The position numbers and the translations under genes are program-made. The notes under the pieces are model-generated. The model did not search any database. It had not been told where the DNA came from and worked only from the letters and a program-made list of their open reading frames with translations. Of a DNA stretch of 64,000 bases, positions 50,201-63,269 are shown piece by piece (positions within the stretch are counted from its first letter, which is position 1; every line of letters begins with the position of its first letter). This DNA comes from Lama guanicoe (taxonomy: Eukaryota): positions 868,001 to 932,000 of the forward strand of contig MU053559.1 in NCBI GenBank assembly GCA_013239625.1. The letters run 5' to 3'.

Positions 50201-52240
50201 AGGGCTCAAAAAAGCCTCACTCAGTCTGGCTCCCATTGCCCCTCTGGAGAGCTTTTGGTGGGGGGGAGGGTGGTAATTAGGTTTATTTATTCATTTATTC
50301 TTTTTAGTGATGTACCAAGGATTGAACCTGGGACCTTGTGCAGGCTAAGCAGGCACTCTACCACTGAGCTACACCCTCCCCTTCCCCACTGCCCCCCTGT
50401 TCTCACCTCCTCCTCCTTTCCCCTCATTGCCTTCTCCCCAGCCAAGCCAGCCTCCTTTCTCTTCCTCTGACCTGCCAGGTTCTCTGGCCTCAGGGCCTTT
50501 CACCCTGGCTCTTTCCTCTGCCTGGACGTCTGCTCCCCCAGGTCATCACAGACCTGACATCTTCACCTCCCTTAAGCCTCTGCTCAAATATCACCTCCTC
50601 AGTGACTAACCGCCCCCCCCCCGCTTTGACTACCCTTGCAAAAATAACTCCTTCCCTGCTTCATTTTTTTCCCCAGAGCTCTTATCACCATTGACATATT
50701 ATCGTTCTCTTGTTTCTTGTCTGTCTTCCCCGCTAAACTGTAAATTCTGCCAGAGTAGGAATGTTTGTCTGTTTTATTCACTGCTGTATCCCCAGCACCT
50801 GGCCCACAGTAGGCCCTCAAAAGATGCTCGTTAAGTGAACGAAATACAGAGAAGTAAAGGCATATTACTGGAACTCTTATTAGGGGTCACATGGGAGATG
50901 TGACAATAAACAAAGTAGGAGACCCTGTGTACTGCTGAGGCTTGAAGCCAGCCGTCAGATTTCACCTTAACTGATAGATTCTGTTGCAGCTGAAAGAGGA
51001 ACTGGTAAAAGTGCCTGTCGTTGCCACCAGGAGTCACGCTGGACTCTTTGTGCCTCTGAAACAAACAAGCGTTCCAAAAAACCCAGCAAGGTCTCTTATG
51101 ACGGGACTCTTAATCTGGACACTTGGTGGCCTGGTGACTTACATAATTGCCTAAAACTGTGTCTGCTGAAGGCACTTCAAAACAGCTCAGACATAAGAGG
51201 TTCATATTGTATTTCATGACAGATTGAAGAATCAAGCTATAAATAATAGCGAGAGGTTCTCTGAAACCTTCCGATTTTGGAAAGTCTCATCCTTAACCCA
51301 AGACTCCCAGCCAGGTAAACAGTTGACTGATGAAAGCTCATTCCATGAGGAATAGGAAGCTCGTGTTTATTTCTATCTTGCACTCAGCAAAGAGGAGTTA
51401 CGGAGGAGAGGGGGCGCCAGGGAAGGTCCTGTTCTCTGCAGGACATGCTGAGGGCACAGTCAGTATGAGGGGCAGTTTAGTCTGATGGTTTAAAAGCTTA
51501 GACAACTAGAACTCGACTGCCTGGGTCCAAATCCTGGCCCTGCCACTCAGAGCCGTGTGGCCTGTAAATGTCACGTAGACATTTTGTGCCTCCGCTTCCT
51601 CCTCTATAAATGAGAGATAATCAGAGTGCCTATTTCCCAAAGTTGTGATGAAAGCGAAATGAGTCAATACCTATCGAAATAGCAGTACAGGGCTTCGTGC
51701 CCTTATCTAAAACCCCTGGGGCCAGATGTGTTTCACAAAATTGTGAATTTCTCAGATTTTAGAAAGGTAAGAAGGGACTTACACAGGATGTTACATAACA
51801 CCCTGTGTGAGCTCTGCCGTCAGCCACATTCAGATGTCTGCAGCCAGATGTATGAACAGTCACACTCAGTGAAGATCAATAAAGACCACAAAGAGCCTTA
51901 TTTTGTTCCGAATCAGGTTTCAGAGTAGCAGATAAGGATTTAGGAACAAATCAGAAACTAGTATTTCGTAACAGCTTATCATACCCAAGGCATAGTGTAT
52001 TTCATCTGTCCAATAACCCTATGAACTAGGTGGTAATATTATTATCCCCATTTTACAGGTGGGAACATTGAGGCACAGCGAGGTTAAAGAACATGCCCGG
52101 GTTCGCACTGCTAATAAGCAGCAGAACCAGTATTCCAGCCCTGGCAGTCTGGCTCTAGATGATCGTCCAGGAGACCATGTTTGCCTCTGATTGGTACACC
52201 GCACGTATTTAGCGCTCAATAAGTGTTAATTATTGCTGTT
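47270..52240. mobile_element. Cluster of MIR and L2 fragments in ELK1 intron 1
   Basis: MIR cores near 47270-47450, 48830-49060, 49510-49720, 51470-51690 and 52010-52170; L2-like segments at 47780-48790 and 49790-50830. Confidence 0.65.
50252..50384 (-). mobile_element. Short tRNA-derived SINE (vic-1-like)
   Basis: Reverse complement gives gtagctcagtggtagagtgcctgcttagcctgcacaaggtcccaggttcaatcc with an A-rich tail. Confidence 0.8.
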
Positions 52241-52529
52241 TTCAAGAAGGAGAACACAGAGAGACAGGAACAGCTCAGAGGAGTGCAGGGTAGGGAGACA
52301 GAGGAGAGCAGACACTGAGTTTCAGGAATTTTCATAGAGGCAAGGCCCTTTGTGGCTGGGATTTGAACGATGAAGATGATTTCCAGGCAGGGGAAGGGAA
52401 CCTAACATGGAGTGAACAGCCTTTTCAAGGAGCTGGCAGGAGGAACCCCACCACCACCACCACCGGAAAAGTTGACATTTGATGTGGTAGAAAATGCAAA
52501 TGAAAATGTTCAGGTGAGAGGCATCATAC

Positions 52530-53210
52530 CGGCTTCCTATTCGCACGGTAACAAATTATCGCAAACTTTTTTTAACTGTTTAAAACAACAGAAATGATTA
52601 TCTTTGAGTTCTGGAGGTCAGAAGGCCAGCACAGGTCTTACCAGGCTAAAATGCAGATGTCAGCAGGGCTGCATTCCTTTCTGGAAGCTCCAGGGATGAT
52701 CCATTTCCTGCTTATTTAGGTTGCTGGCAGAATTCAGTTCCTCGGGGTTGTGGAATTAAGAGCCCGGTTTCCTTACTGGCTGTCTGCTGAGAGCCACTGC
52801 CAGCTTTAAGAGGCCACTGCATTTCAGGGCTTAGAGCTCCCTTCTTCCATCTTCAAAGCCAGTAATGGCAGGTCAAGTCCCTCTCATGCTTTGAAGCCCT
52901 TCTGCCTCTTCTGCCATCACATGTCTCTGATCTACCTTTCTGCCTCCTTCTGCTTTTATGAAGAGTTCATTAAGAGACACAAACTGCTACGTATAAAATA
53001 AATAAGCAGCAAGGACACATTGCAATCCCCCCCCAAAAAAAGTTCTTGTGATTAGATTGAGCTCACCTAAATAATCTCTCCAGCTTAAGATGCATGACTT
53101 TAAATTCATTTGCAAAGTTCCTTTTGCCAGGTAACAGAATATACTCACAGGTTCCAGAAATTAGGTTGTGGACATCTTGGATGCAGGGGGGCATTATTCT
53201 GCCTAACACA
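52530..53210 (-). mobile_element. MaLR LTR (MLT1-type)
   Basis: ttaaaacaacagaaat..gttctggaggtcagaag..gcagggctgcattcctttctggaagctc..attattctgcctaacaca. Confidence 0.75.
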
Positions 53211-53484
53211 GTCTGCCCTCTGGCCCCCAGAGGTTCACACTTGTCTTACAGGCAGAATATATTCACACTATCCTAACATCTCCAAAAGTCTCATCCCATT
53301 GCAGGGGTCATCCAAAGCCAGACTGAGGAGCTTAGAATTTAGTCTGAGGGTGTTCATGGAATGATGGTGGGAGCTGAGAACAGAGGTGGAGGCAAGAAAG
53401 GAATCCTCCTCCTGCCGACCTCTCCCCCTTCCTGTATCCACAGCCTCTCAGCTCCGAGCTGTCTGCCTTCCAGGTACCCCTGGG

Positions 53485-53493
53485 ATGGCGTGA
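53485..53493 (+). promoter_or_regulatory. ELK1: Minimal uORF (ATG GCG TGA) 14 nt upstream of the ELK1 start
   Basis: gggATGGCGTGAgcgctcccccagcgATGgac; the exon acceptor is before 53474. Confidence 0.85.
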
Positions 53494-53507
53494 GCGCTCC
53501 CCCAGCG

Positions 53508-56500
53508 ATGGACCCTTCTGTGACGCTGTGGCAGTTTCTGCTGCAGCTGCTGAGAGAGCAAGGCAACGGCCACATCATCTCCTGGACCTCACGGGATGGC
53601 GGTGAGTTCAAGCTGGTGGATGCCGAGGAGGTGGCCCGGCTGTGGGGGCTCCGTAAGAATAAGACCAACATGAACTATGACAAGCTCAGCCGGGCCTTGC
53701 GGTACTACTATGACAAGGTAAGGTGTCTGAGACCCGGGCTGGGAACCGCCTCCCTGCTCCACACACACACAGTTGTATCAGTTATTTTATCTTCTTGTCT
53801 TAATTGATACAGCTCTAGCTTTGAAAACAGTATTAAAATTTACCACCTCTTGCCCCATCCTCGGGTACTCTCAAACCAATGTTGGGACTCCCAGCCATTT
53901 AGCAGTTATATTTTATTTTCTTGTATTTTATTTTAGCTTTGGCTAAAACCTTCATAGCAGCATTAACGCTGACCCCTACTCACTCCACTCTCTGAGCGCC
54001 CCAGCGTCCTGCTGTCCCACCGTGCCCCGCACACCATTTCATTTTCTCACCTCATTCCTCTGGCCAGAACTTTTGAAAGCACTATTAATAATGACTCTCC
54101 CTCGTCCTGGACCAGTCCTGGGCTCCCTGCAGTTATTTCATAATCTGCTCTTATCCCAGAATAAGAATTCCAGGATATCCTTGTTCTTAGAGTCAAAGCC
54201 TCTGTGACAGTGTTACGCTAACGTTTCCTTACCTGATCCTCCAGGACCCTGAACACTTTTATCAATTCTTTTCATCTCTTGTTCCATTAGCTAACATCTC
54301 TAAAACAACAGGTATAATGCCCCCTCCACACCACATCCTCTTCTATTCACAGAGCAACCCTGGTCCAGTCCAACATTTATATCAATTATTTTATCGTATC
54401 TTCTTGTTCCTGGAGTTAAAATTGTACATTTTCCTCATCGTATCCTCTCAGACTCCCAAACCAGTGCAAGATACCCACCCCCATGTTTATACCAGTTATT
54501 TCATGTCCTTATTTCTTTACCTGAAACTCCCAAAACACTGTTTTTCTTCTTCCAGTTCTGTTGAGCTATAATTGGTGAACATTCATCATCTCGTAGAGAT
54601 ACAAAATAAAAGAAAAAGGAACAAAAAAATTCTTTCCTTGGGATGACAACTTAGGATTTCCTCTCTTAACAACTTTCATATGTAACATACAGCAGTGTTC
54701 GTTGTATTTCATGTTGTACATTACATCCCTAGTATTTATTTACTTCATAACTGGTAGTATGTACCTTTTGGCTGCCTGCATCCAGTCCCCCCACCTCCTC
54801 TCACCCCTCACTGAAACTTCTAAAACAATATTAATGAATATCCCTTTTCAGTCCTTTTCTGAGAAACAAACCCACCCTGTGACATACGTGACCAGCATTT
54901 AGATGTCTCCAGGGTGCCCTAGTGCCCCCCCTCCCAGATGCCTCTTGTTCCCCAGAACAGCCCTGGACGTGTGCTGCACACCCTTAATCATTTATAGCAC
55001 TTATTCCATTTTTATATTTTAATCTTTTAGCACAAACTGCCAAAACAGCATTAATAATGAGGCTGCCTCACTCTGTGCTCTGAGGCCACTGGAACATCCC
55101 TGAGACCCTCAGACCTATCCTGAAATACCCCAAACATGCTCTGTGACCCGCCCAAGCCAGCTTGAGACTCCCCCAATATTTATGCCATTATTTTAATGTT
55201 CTTGCTAGGTGCTCTCAGTTACTTCAGTTTCTAACTGCCTTAGCGTAAACCTCCACAGCAGTATTAAGAATGAGGCTCCACATCCTGTCCTCCCTGGTGA
55301 CCTTGCCCTGTCCCACGTCTGTGTCACCAGCTTTAAATAATCCTCTAATAATTCATACTTATTAACAATTCATCCCTCCAGTCTTCTACATTCCTTTAGT
55401 CTCTTCCAATACTTAGAGCGATGGCTTCATTTTCCTGTCTTATTGCATTAGCTAGACTCCAAAACTGGGTCCCAGCAGCCGCCCCCAAGGCCTGGCCCTG
55501 TGAGCCCACAGACACCCCTGGTTCCTGGAGCCAGGAGGAAAGCTTGCTCCCGCATCTACTGCCCTAGGCCGGCCCCAGTGTGGAGAGGAGCCAGTGGGTG
55601 TGGCTGTGTGGGGTGGGAGAATGGGACAGATGGGGATGAAGAGAGAGTGAAAGAGGGAGACGTGGAGGGGAGAACAGAGAAGAGGGAGAAGCTCGGGGAG
55701 AATACAGAGAGGAGGATCGGGGTGGGGAAGACGGGGAGAAAGTGGAGGAGAAGGGTGGAGCCCCCAAGTTGGGAGATGGGGTGAGATGTGAAACAAGCCG
55801 GGAGAAGGGAGCCTGTGGGAAGGCGGACACTGAGGTGGGACAGTGCATATGTAAGAGGACAGGAAAGGGGCACAGGGAAAGAAAGACACTGGGAGACACC
55901 CCTCTTCACCCCCTCAGCATCCACACCCTCCCTGGCCCTATCTTCTAAGACGCTTTATCCTGTTTCCCCCTTCTCAGAACATCATCCGCAAAGTGAGCGG
56001 CCAGAAGTTCGTCTACAAGTTTGTGTCCTACCCCGAGGTCGCGGGGTGCTCCACTGAGGACTGCCCACCCCAGCCTGAGGTGTCGCTCACCTCCACCGTG
56101 ACAAATGTGGGCCCTGCAGCTGTCCACACTCTCCCCGGGGACGCTGCTTCTGGGAAGCCAGGCCAACCCAAGGGTGCAGGAACAGCAGGCCCAGGCGGCT
56201 TGGCGCGCAGCAGCCGGAACGAGTACATGCGCTCAGGCCTCTATTCCACCTTCACAATCCAGTCCCTGCAGCCGCAGCCACCGCCACCATCTCATCCTCG
56301 GCCTGCCTCTGTGCTCCCCAATACCGCCCCTGCAGGAGCAGCAGTGCCCCCCTCAGGGAGCAGGAGCACCAGTCCAAGCCCCTTGGAGGCCTGCCTGGAG
56401 GCTGAGGAGGCCGGCCTGCCTCTGCAGGTAAGGACTGGCATATGGAAATTCAGTAGGAGGAGGGATGTCCAATTCCCAAATGGGGAGGGGGGCTGGGAGG

Positions 56501-58602
56501 AGAAGGGACATAAACGTCCTACTGAAGGAGATACTGTGGAAGGAGGGACACAGAAGTCCCCTTGGAGAAAGGGATGGGGAGGAAAGCTATGCAAAACCTG
56601 GGAAGGAAGGGGGAAATCAAGTGCACTACAGTTAGCAGTGCACTCGACATGTAGTAGGTACCCTGAATGTATTTGGTTAATGCACTGGTTCTCACACAGT
56701 TAGCACTCACCAGAAATCACCTGGAGGGCTTTTGAAACCATAGATTTCTGGGGGCCACCCCTAGAGTTTCTGATTAGGTGGGTCTGGGGATGGGCCTGAG
56801 AGTTTGCATTTTTAACTAGTTTCCAGATGAGGCACGTGCTTCTGATACATAAAGCAGATGTTTGAGACCACGGCTTTCATGAGTGGGGGCAGTGTCCCCT
56901 GGAGTCCCGCCCCTAAAGACAGCCCTGCAGCCATCAGGTGTCTCACCCCAGGTCCCCTGTCCCCAGATAGAAGGACCTACTCCAGAAGAACCCCCACTTC
57001 CTTGGCAACGTCCACGTCCTGTTGGAGGACCTGCCTCCACTACCAAGTCCTGCTTTCCAAGGGAAATAATTGGCTTCACTTACCCTAGCAATCCTTACAC
57101 ACCCCCTCTGCACTCATTCCTCTCCCAGGTCATCCTGACCCCGCCCGAGGCCCCAAACCTTAAATCCGAAGAGCCAAATATGGAGCCTGGGTTGGGCCGG
57201 CCACTGCCCCCAGAAGTGAAAGTGGAAGAGCCTAAGGAAGAGTTAGAAGCTGCAGCCAGTAGGGAGGCGGGGTTTGTGCTGGAAGCCGTCAAGGCCGAGC
57301 CCTTTGAGCCCAAGGCCGAGCCCTTTGAGCCCAAGTCGGAGCCCGAAGTCCCTCCTGCAGAGGGCGTGCCAGCCCGGCTACCCGCGGTGGTTATGGAAAC
57401 CGCTGCGCAGGTGGGTGGCCTTGCGGCTTCCACAGCTTCCAGCACGGAGATCGCCCAGCCTCAGAAGGGCCGGAAGCCCCGGGACCTGGAGCTTCCACTC
57501 AGCCCAAGCCTGCTGGGTGGGCCGGGACCCGAACGGACTCCAGGATCAGGAACTGGCTCGGGTCTGCAGGCGCCAGGCCCAGCGCTGACGCCTTCCCTGC
57601 TACCTACGCACACATTGGTGAGAGCCTGCAAAGGGGCGGGGCTGGCACCTGGGACGAATGGGATTGGCGCGGGGCGGGAGAGGGAGGAGTTAGACTAACT
57701 GCGATGGCCAATGCCGTTACCGCTGAGTGAGCGGGAGGGAGGGACCATCGAATGGGATTGGCTGTGCCAAAGGACGGGGCTTAATTGATGCAGGGCGAGC
57801 GAGTCAGCAATGCTGAAGGATCTGATGCCCAAAAGAAGGGCAGGTCTGGGGAGTTTTGTGGGCAGGAACTGAAGAGCCCTAGAGGCTTTCTGCAGGAACT
57901 GTTTCTGGGTTAGGAGCATGGCTTGAGGAACCTGAGTGGGGCTTTTTGGTCTGGGGTTTGCTTAGTGGGTTTCCTGTGAGGTATACAGGTGGAACATAAG
58001 AGTTGGAAGTTGACCCTGAGCTACTGGGATGGTGAGGTTTGAAAACAGCATGTGGATGGGGTCTTGGCACCGGAAGGTCTTGCCCACTGAGGCTGGGAGT
58101 AGGCCCTCAGGAGTTAGGAGGGGAGGAGACCTCTGTGTAAAGTTGGAGAGCTGTCAGGGGCATGGTCTTGGTCGTTACTGTGGTCTAGGCCTGTGCACTT
58201 TTGAGGAATGACCTTGGAAGTATGAGTGGGAAATCTGGTGGGGCTGGCACCGAATTCCTCTGGCTTCCTCCCACCTGCCCTCTTGCTCACTTGCGCACTG
58301 ACCACCCCTTTCCCACAGACCCCGGTGCTGCTGACGCCCAGCTCGCTACCCCCCAGCATTCACTTCTGGAGCACCCTGAGTCCCATTGCACCCCGTAGCC
58401 CTGCCAAGCTCTCCTTCCAGGTAGGATCAGCTCCCCGCATCTCGGAAAAGGTGAGAGACCCCAGCCTGGTCCCCATTCATGACCTCTCCATTTCTGTCCC
58501 CAGTTTCCGTCCAGTGGCAGCGCCCAGGTGCACATCCCTTCCATCAGCGTGGATGGCCTCTCAACCCCCGTGGTGCTCTCCCCAGGGCCCCAGAAGCCAT
58601 GA
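53508..58602 (+). CDS. ELK1: ETS transcription factor ELK1, 449 aa
   Basis: Exons 53508-53717, 55978-56427, 57129-57617, 58319-58420 and 58504-58602, all GT-AG and phase 0. Contains the ETS domain ([47 protein letters not shown]), B-box ([18 protein letters not shown]), D-domain ([11 protein letters not shown]) and C-domain ([20 protein letters not shown]). Confidence 0.98.
54560..54800 (-). mobile_element. LINE-1 3' fragment in an ELK1 intron
   Basis: ttgagctataattg..cttaggatttcctctcttaacaactttc..atgttgtacattacatccctag. Confidence 0.7.
56683..56875. mobile_element. MER5A-like MITE
   Basis: ctggttctcacac..cagaaatcacctggagggctt..gtgggtctggggatgggcctgagagtttgcattttta. Confidence 0.75.
57291..57344 (+). 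repeat. ELK1: In-frame 21-nt tandem repeat in the ELK1 CDS
   Basis: aaggccgagccctttgagccc x2 exact (57291-57332) plus a partial aagtcggagccc. Confidence 0.9.
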
Positions 58603-58776
58603 CTATCACCACCACCACCACCACCCCTTTCTGGGGTCACTCCATCCATGCCCTGAACTTCTCTCCAGCCAGCCGTCTCAAGGAGAAACATATTTCAGCA
58701 GACAGACTCGTGCTCTGGTCGTGGTCGGGTGGGGATTCTTAGGAAGAAGGATCTCTCAATAGCCCTTCCACAAAAA

Positions 58777-58898
58777 NNNNNNNNNNNNNNNNNNNNNNNN
58801 NNNNNNNNNNNNNNNNNNNNNNNNNNNNNNNNNNNNNNNNNNNNNNNNNNNNNNNNNNNNNNNNNNNNNNNNNNNNNNNNNNNNNNNNNNNNNNNNNN
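58777..58898. other. Assembly gap (122 N) in the ELK1 3' UTR
   Basis: Run of N flanked by A-runs on both sides. Confidence 1.
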
Positions 58899-60012
58899 AA
58901 AAAAAAACATACAACTTCTCTCTTCTTGGTCAGTCCCCCAGTGGCCGCCCTTACACGTCTCCTACTGCAAGTGGTGGGGGGCGGTTTATTTATTTATTTT
59001 TTGAAGGCCACTGGGAGGAGCTTGGCCCAACTGTTTTGGGGGGTTGGTGAGGGCATCTCCCCTGTCTCCACATTCTTTCCCCAAGATGAGACAATCGAGG
59101 TCTGGCTTGAGAAGGACCTTTCTTTATTTATTTCTCAGCCTGCCCTTGGGGAGCTGAGGGAGCCCTGTCTCCATGTTGGGGTGTGGGTAGAAGAGCTAGC
59201 TTGCTGTAGTTTATTATTCCCGGCCCTCCCCAAGGGTCCAGGAAGAATTTGTGCCATTTAACGGTTTGGGAGTCTTGGCCAAGGAAGACTCACACCCTTG
59301 GAAATAGGAATTTCCACCTCCCCAGCCTTTCTCTCAGACACCTTATCCTTTTCAACCATCTTCTTGGCCAGGGAGGAATGCCCCTTTTCTTCTTCCCCTG
59401 AGAAGCCATTCCTGTGTCTGCCAAACTCCTGGGGTCCTGCCTGTTACCTCCCAATGGAGGGTTTTTTTGGGGGGAGAGGTCCCCGTCTGGGGGGCCCCTC
59501 CAGCCAGTACTCCAGGTCTCCCTGTCCCCCACCCCCTGCCATTTTGATAGTATAATCTATTTTTAAACAGGGCTTTTCAATAGGGGAGAGGGAGGCATCT
59601 CTTCCTATATCTGAGATGGGGTGGGTGGGAAGGAAGGGATTTGGAGGGGGGGATCATCCTGCCACCCCCAAGTGTTTATTTTTGATACCAAACATGTATT
59701 TTCAGCTCTCTCCCTCCCAGCCCCCCAATTTCCTGCGGGCGGGTACAAAGGACCCTTTAAGTGTCCCTGGAGTTGGGAGGGAGGAGTGAGGGACATAAAG
59801 CTTGTCCTATCTGAATTCCAGGCTGGAGAAGAGTGGGTTCAAAGGACTCCTGGGTTCACCTTCCGTCAGCATCGGCCCAGCCCGGGCCCGGGGACTGGGG
59901 GTTGGTGATTTGGGGGACGGTGCTACACCTGTCTCCACTGTTTGTTTTACTTCCCAAAAAAAAATGAATTTTTTTTTCTAAGAGTCCCAGAGAATGGGGA
60001 ATTATTCCTGTA

Positions 60013-60018
60013 AATATA
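60013..60018 (+). terminator. ELK1: Candidate non-canonical ELK1 poly(A) signal AATATA
   Basis: TGTA immediately upstream, a U-rich tract at 60052-60062 downstream, and a change in sequence character after this point. Confidence 0.4.
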
Positions 60019-60825
60019 TATTTTTAAAGGTGATGCTGGAGGCTCCTAGCGTTTTTTTTTTTCCCTGAAGCCATTGGGTACAAGGCACAGCTTCGTGTGC
60101 AAGGCAGTGAGGGTGTGAGGTTGATTGTGAGAGAGAGCAAGATGGCATGTGTCAGAAACAATAGTAGAGACTACAGATTGGTAAGCAGGGGTGTGAAAAA
60201 GAGAAAACCATGGAAAGCTGTGATGGTGTGTTTATGTTCTTGAAAACATGCATCTGTGTCGAGAGAGTGAAAGTTGTAACCACAAACTTGACACTGTCTA
60301 TGTGAGACATTGCGGCTGGGTGGCAGAAAACCACCGTTAAGACTGAATGAGTGATGAAGGTACCGTACCAGAAACTGGTGACAGGTGCGTGAAATAGTGT
60401 TTATGAGAAGGAAGTGGGGACTGCACATCAGTCACTGTTTGACAGGCTGATGGTGAGCGAGACAGACTGAGGAACCAAAACAATGTTTGAGAGCCTGCAT
60501 GGGCACAAAAGTGTGGCTGAGACTGTCAGGGACTGTGCGGAGGTGCGAAACGGCACCGTATGTAAGCAGATGACTCAGTGTTTGGGAGACGGGTTGTGTC
60601 CGAAATGGTTCACACGAGGCTGTCGTGTCAGCTAATATCATGGGAGCGTACATATGAGACATTGATTGTGTGAGAAAAAAAGGGCCAGGAGGCCAGATGG
60701 GTGCCTGAGACTGAAGATACCAGAATACGTGATTGGGTGTATGAAAACTGTTCACGCGAAGCTGACAAAGACTGTGAGAAACTGAGAAAAAGTGGCTGCA
60801 ACTGGGAGAGTGTGAGAAGCTGTAA

Positions 60826-60861
60826 TTGTGTGTGTGTGTATGTGTGTGTGTGTGTGTGTGT
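60826..60861. repeat. (TG)n microsatellite
   Basis: tgtgtgtgtgtgtatgtgtgtgtgtgtgtgtgtgt. Confidence 0.9.
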
Positions 60862-63269
60862 ACCTGAGCCTAGTGGCAGACTGATGTGCAGTTCCTGCTC
60901 CAGTCTGGTGCCCAGGTTCAGCATGAGAGAAAATAATGGTGAGATTGTCCGAAACTATGCGAGAGACCACATAACTCTGAGTGAGAGGCGAGGAGTGAAA
61001 AGAATGAAGTCAGCACCACGTGAGAGCAAACTGATGACCGAGCAGTGTGTGAGCGTGGGGGGTCTGGGAAACAGTTCATGAGAGGCTGCAAACTGGAGAC
61101 TACATGGGGCTGAAAAACAGAAAATGAAACTTGAGCGAGTGAGACCCATAAAGACCATGCAATCAGCACATGCAGGAAACCAGCGAGGCTGTCATTGTGG
61201 TTGAGTATACGCGACACGCTGGCTGGATGCATCCAGTGATGTTGTGAACCCTTAAGATGGGCCGTGAGAGGCTGTGTGTGTGTGAGACCAGTTGAGAGCC
61301 TGGTAGCGGTGGTGAATGAGTAACCACAGATGTCAAAAGCTGACCAAGGGCAAATGACTGTGACACTGAATGGGAGACTGAGACAGTGCCTGAGAAACCA
61401 TGTGGGTATGTGTAAAACTCTTCAAGAGACCTTATCAAAGGCTGTAAATCCAGGACTGGGTAGGTTGGATGCTGTTTGAGAAGAAACACGAGACCAGGTG
61501 AGTGAGATGGCATCTGAGCCACTGCGGGATTGTGTGTGCGAGTGAAGCTCAGCCATTATCGGGGGCTGTGGGTGTGCAAGATGGGCTGGAGCATGAGGAG
61601 GTGGGAGAGTGAGTTTGTGTGTGTGCGCAAGAAACTTCCAGAGAGACCATCACTGACTATTTGTGTGTGAGAGAAATCGATGACCTGGGTGAGTGGGTGA
61701 AACATCTTACCGAAAGGTGTGACTGCATGTGTATGTGAAACACTGGTACGAGCAAATGTGGTCCTGGCTGAACGAGACAGACTAGAATATGTGACTGTGT
61801 GTGTGAAACTGTTCGTAGGGGACTGTAGTAAGGCTGGGAATCAGTGATAGAAAATGACTCCCCGAGCGAGCGGCCGAGGGGATGTCTAAGAGGCCAAATG
61901 TTCGAGGATGTATGAGCTTGTGGGTAAGAGACCATAGTAGAGGCTGTAAATCCAGAACTGTGTGTGTAAGTATGCAAAAATAAAGAAGAAGAAAAAGATG
62001 ACTGAGACTGAATGAGGCAGTGAATGAGAAATGGTGCATGGAATGTGCCAGCCCAAGGGAAGAGCTCTCTTCTATCAATCCCCTTCCTCCTCAGGCCCCG
62101 GGCTCTCTTCTCCCAGCTCTCCAAAATTTGAAATGCTGGAGTTCCCCGGAGATTGGCCAGGGGCTTCCCTTCCCTCTTCTCAGGAGCCGCGCCCTCTCCA
62201 GGTGATCTGGCCCAGGCCCAGTCCTGGAAACTACTGCTCCCTCCGTGAGGCCCACATTTTTACCTCCAATCCAATCTAGATTATTCCTCTTAGCACTTAG
62301 CAGAATCTCTGCAGCTTTGTTTATTGCATTTCTTTCTTCCTCCATTCAGTAGGCATTTATTGAGCACCTACTGTTTGCTGGTGCCGGTCCAGGCCCTGCA
62401 GACACAGCGGTTAACAACCTAGACACAAATCCCTGCATTTATGGAGCTGGTATTTCAGTGAGGACAACGGACAAGAAACGAATACATCATATCAGGTGGT
62501 GTTGCAATAATTACATGAGATAAGACTCAGTCTCTGTTTATATAAGAAATCTGTAGTCATTTTATTGCCCAAAATGTGTAGGAGAAGATGAAAGTGGCAA
62601 CAATCCTCTTTCTGGGGAATCCCTCAAGTATGTATACAGTTTAGGAACAAAGGAAATATTGATTATAACATTCCCAGGGCAACAGGTGGCTAGATAAAGC
62701 AGCCAACCAGAATTACAGGTTTCTTGCGGGGAGTTTGTTCTCGTAGGATAACAGCACTGATGTCTGAAGTCTTCGAGTCTTAACAAGACCCCTTTGTTCA
62801 AAGCACGCTTTCAAAGACAGGCTTGTATTATCAGGAAGCAGTACATCTGTAACGGATACAAATGTCAACACACCTTGTCACCCATAAAACAAGACCAATA
62901 TTCTTGTGAAAGTTCCATTTTAACACCTGACCAAATCAAATCAAATCCTTCTACCTTGTTTGAACTCGCAGAATGGTATTCCTCCATGGATGCAGGGGAG
63001 GTGAGACATTGCCTTCCTAACGTTCTGACTCCTTTATGTTAATTAAAAAGATTCCTGTTTTTAAAGCAGGCTCTGGAGTTTCACTCGTTAGGGTTGGTTG
63101 GTTGGTTGGTTTGTTTTTAGGGTTTATTTTTTAAAAAGAAAGACAATAGGTCTGTGGAGCGCTACCTACATGAAAAATGGGCTGGATGCAAATGAATTAT
63201 TAACGGGAGAATAAGAATTATGTAGAATAGTTTTTCTACATACATACATTCAGGGACTAGAATGATGGC

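Noticed and set aside
53361..53507. In-frame ATG-initiated 49-aa N-terminal extension of ELK1 in the ORF track
   Set aside because: Most of it lies in the intron's polypyrimidine tract upstream of the acceptor at 53473; the recognised start is ATG 53508.
62675..62695. CTCF-like motif GCAACAGGTGGCTA
   Set aside because: A single imperfect short motif; cannot be supported from sequence alone.
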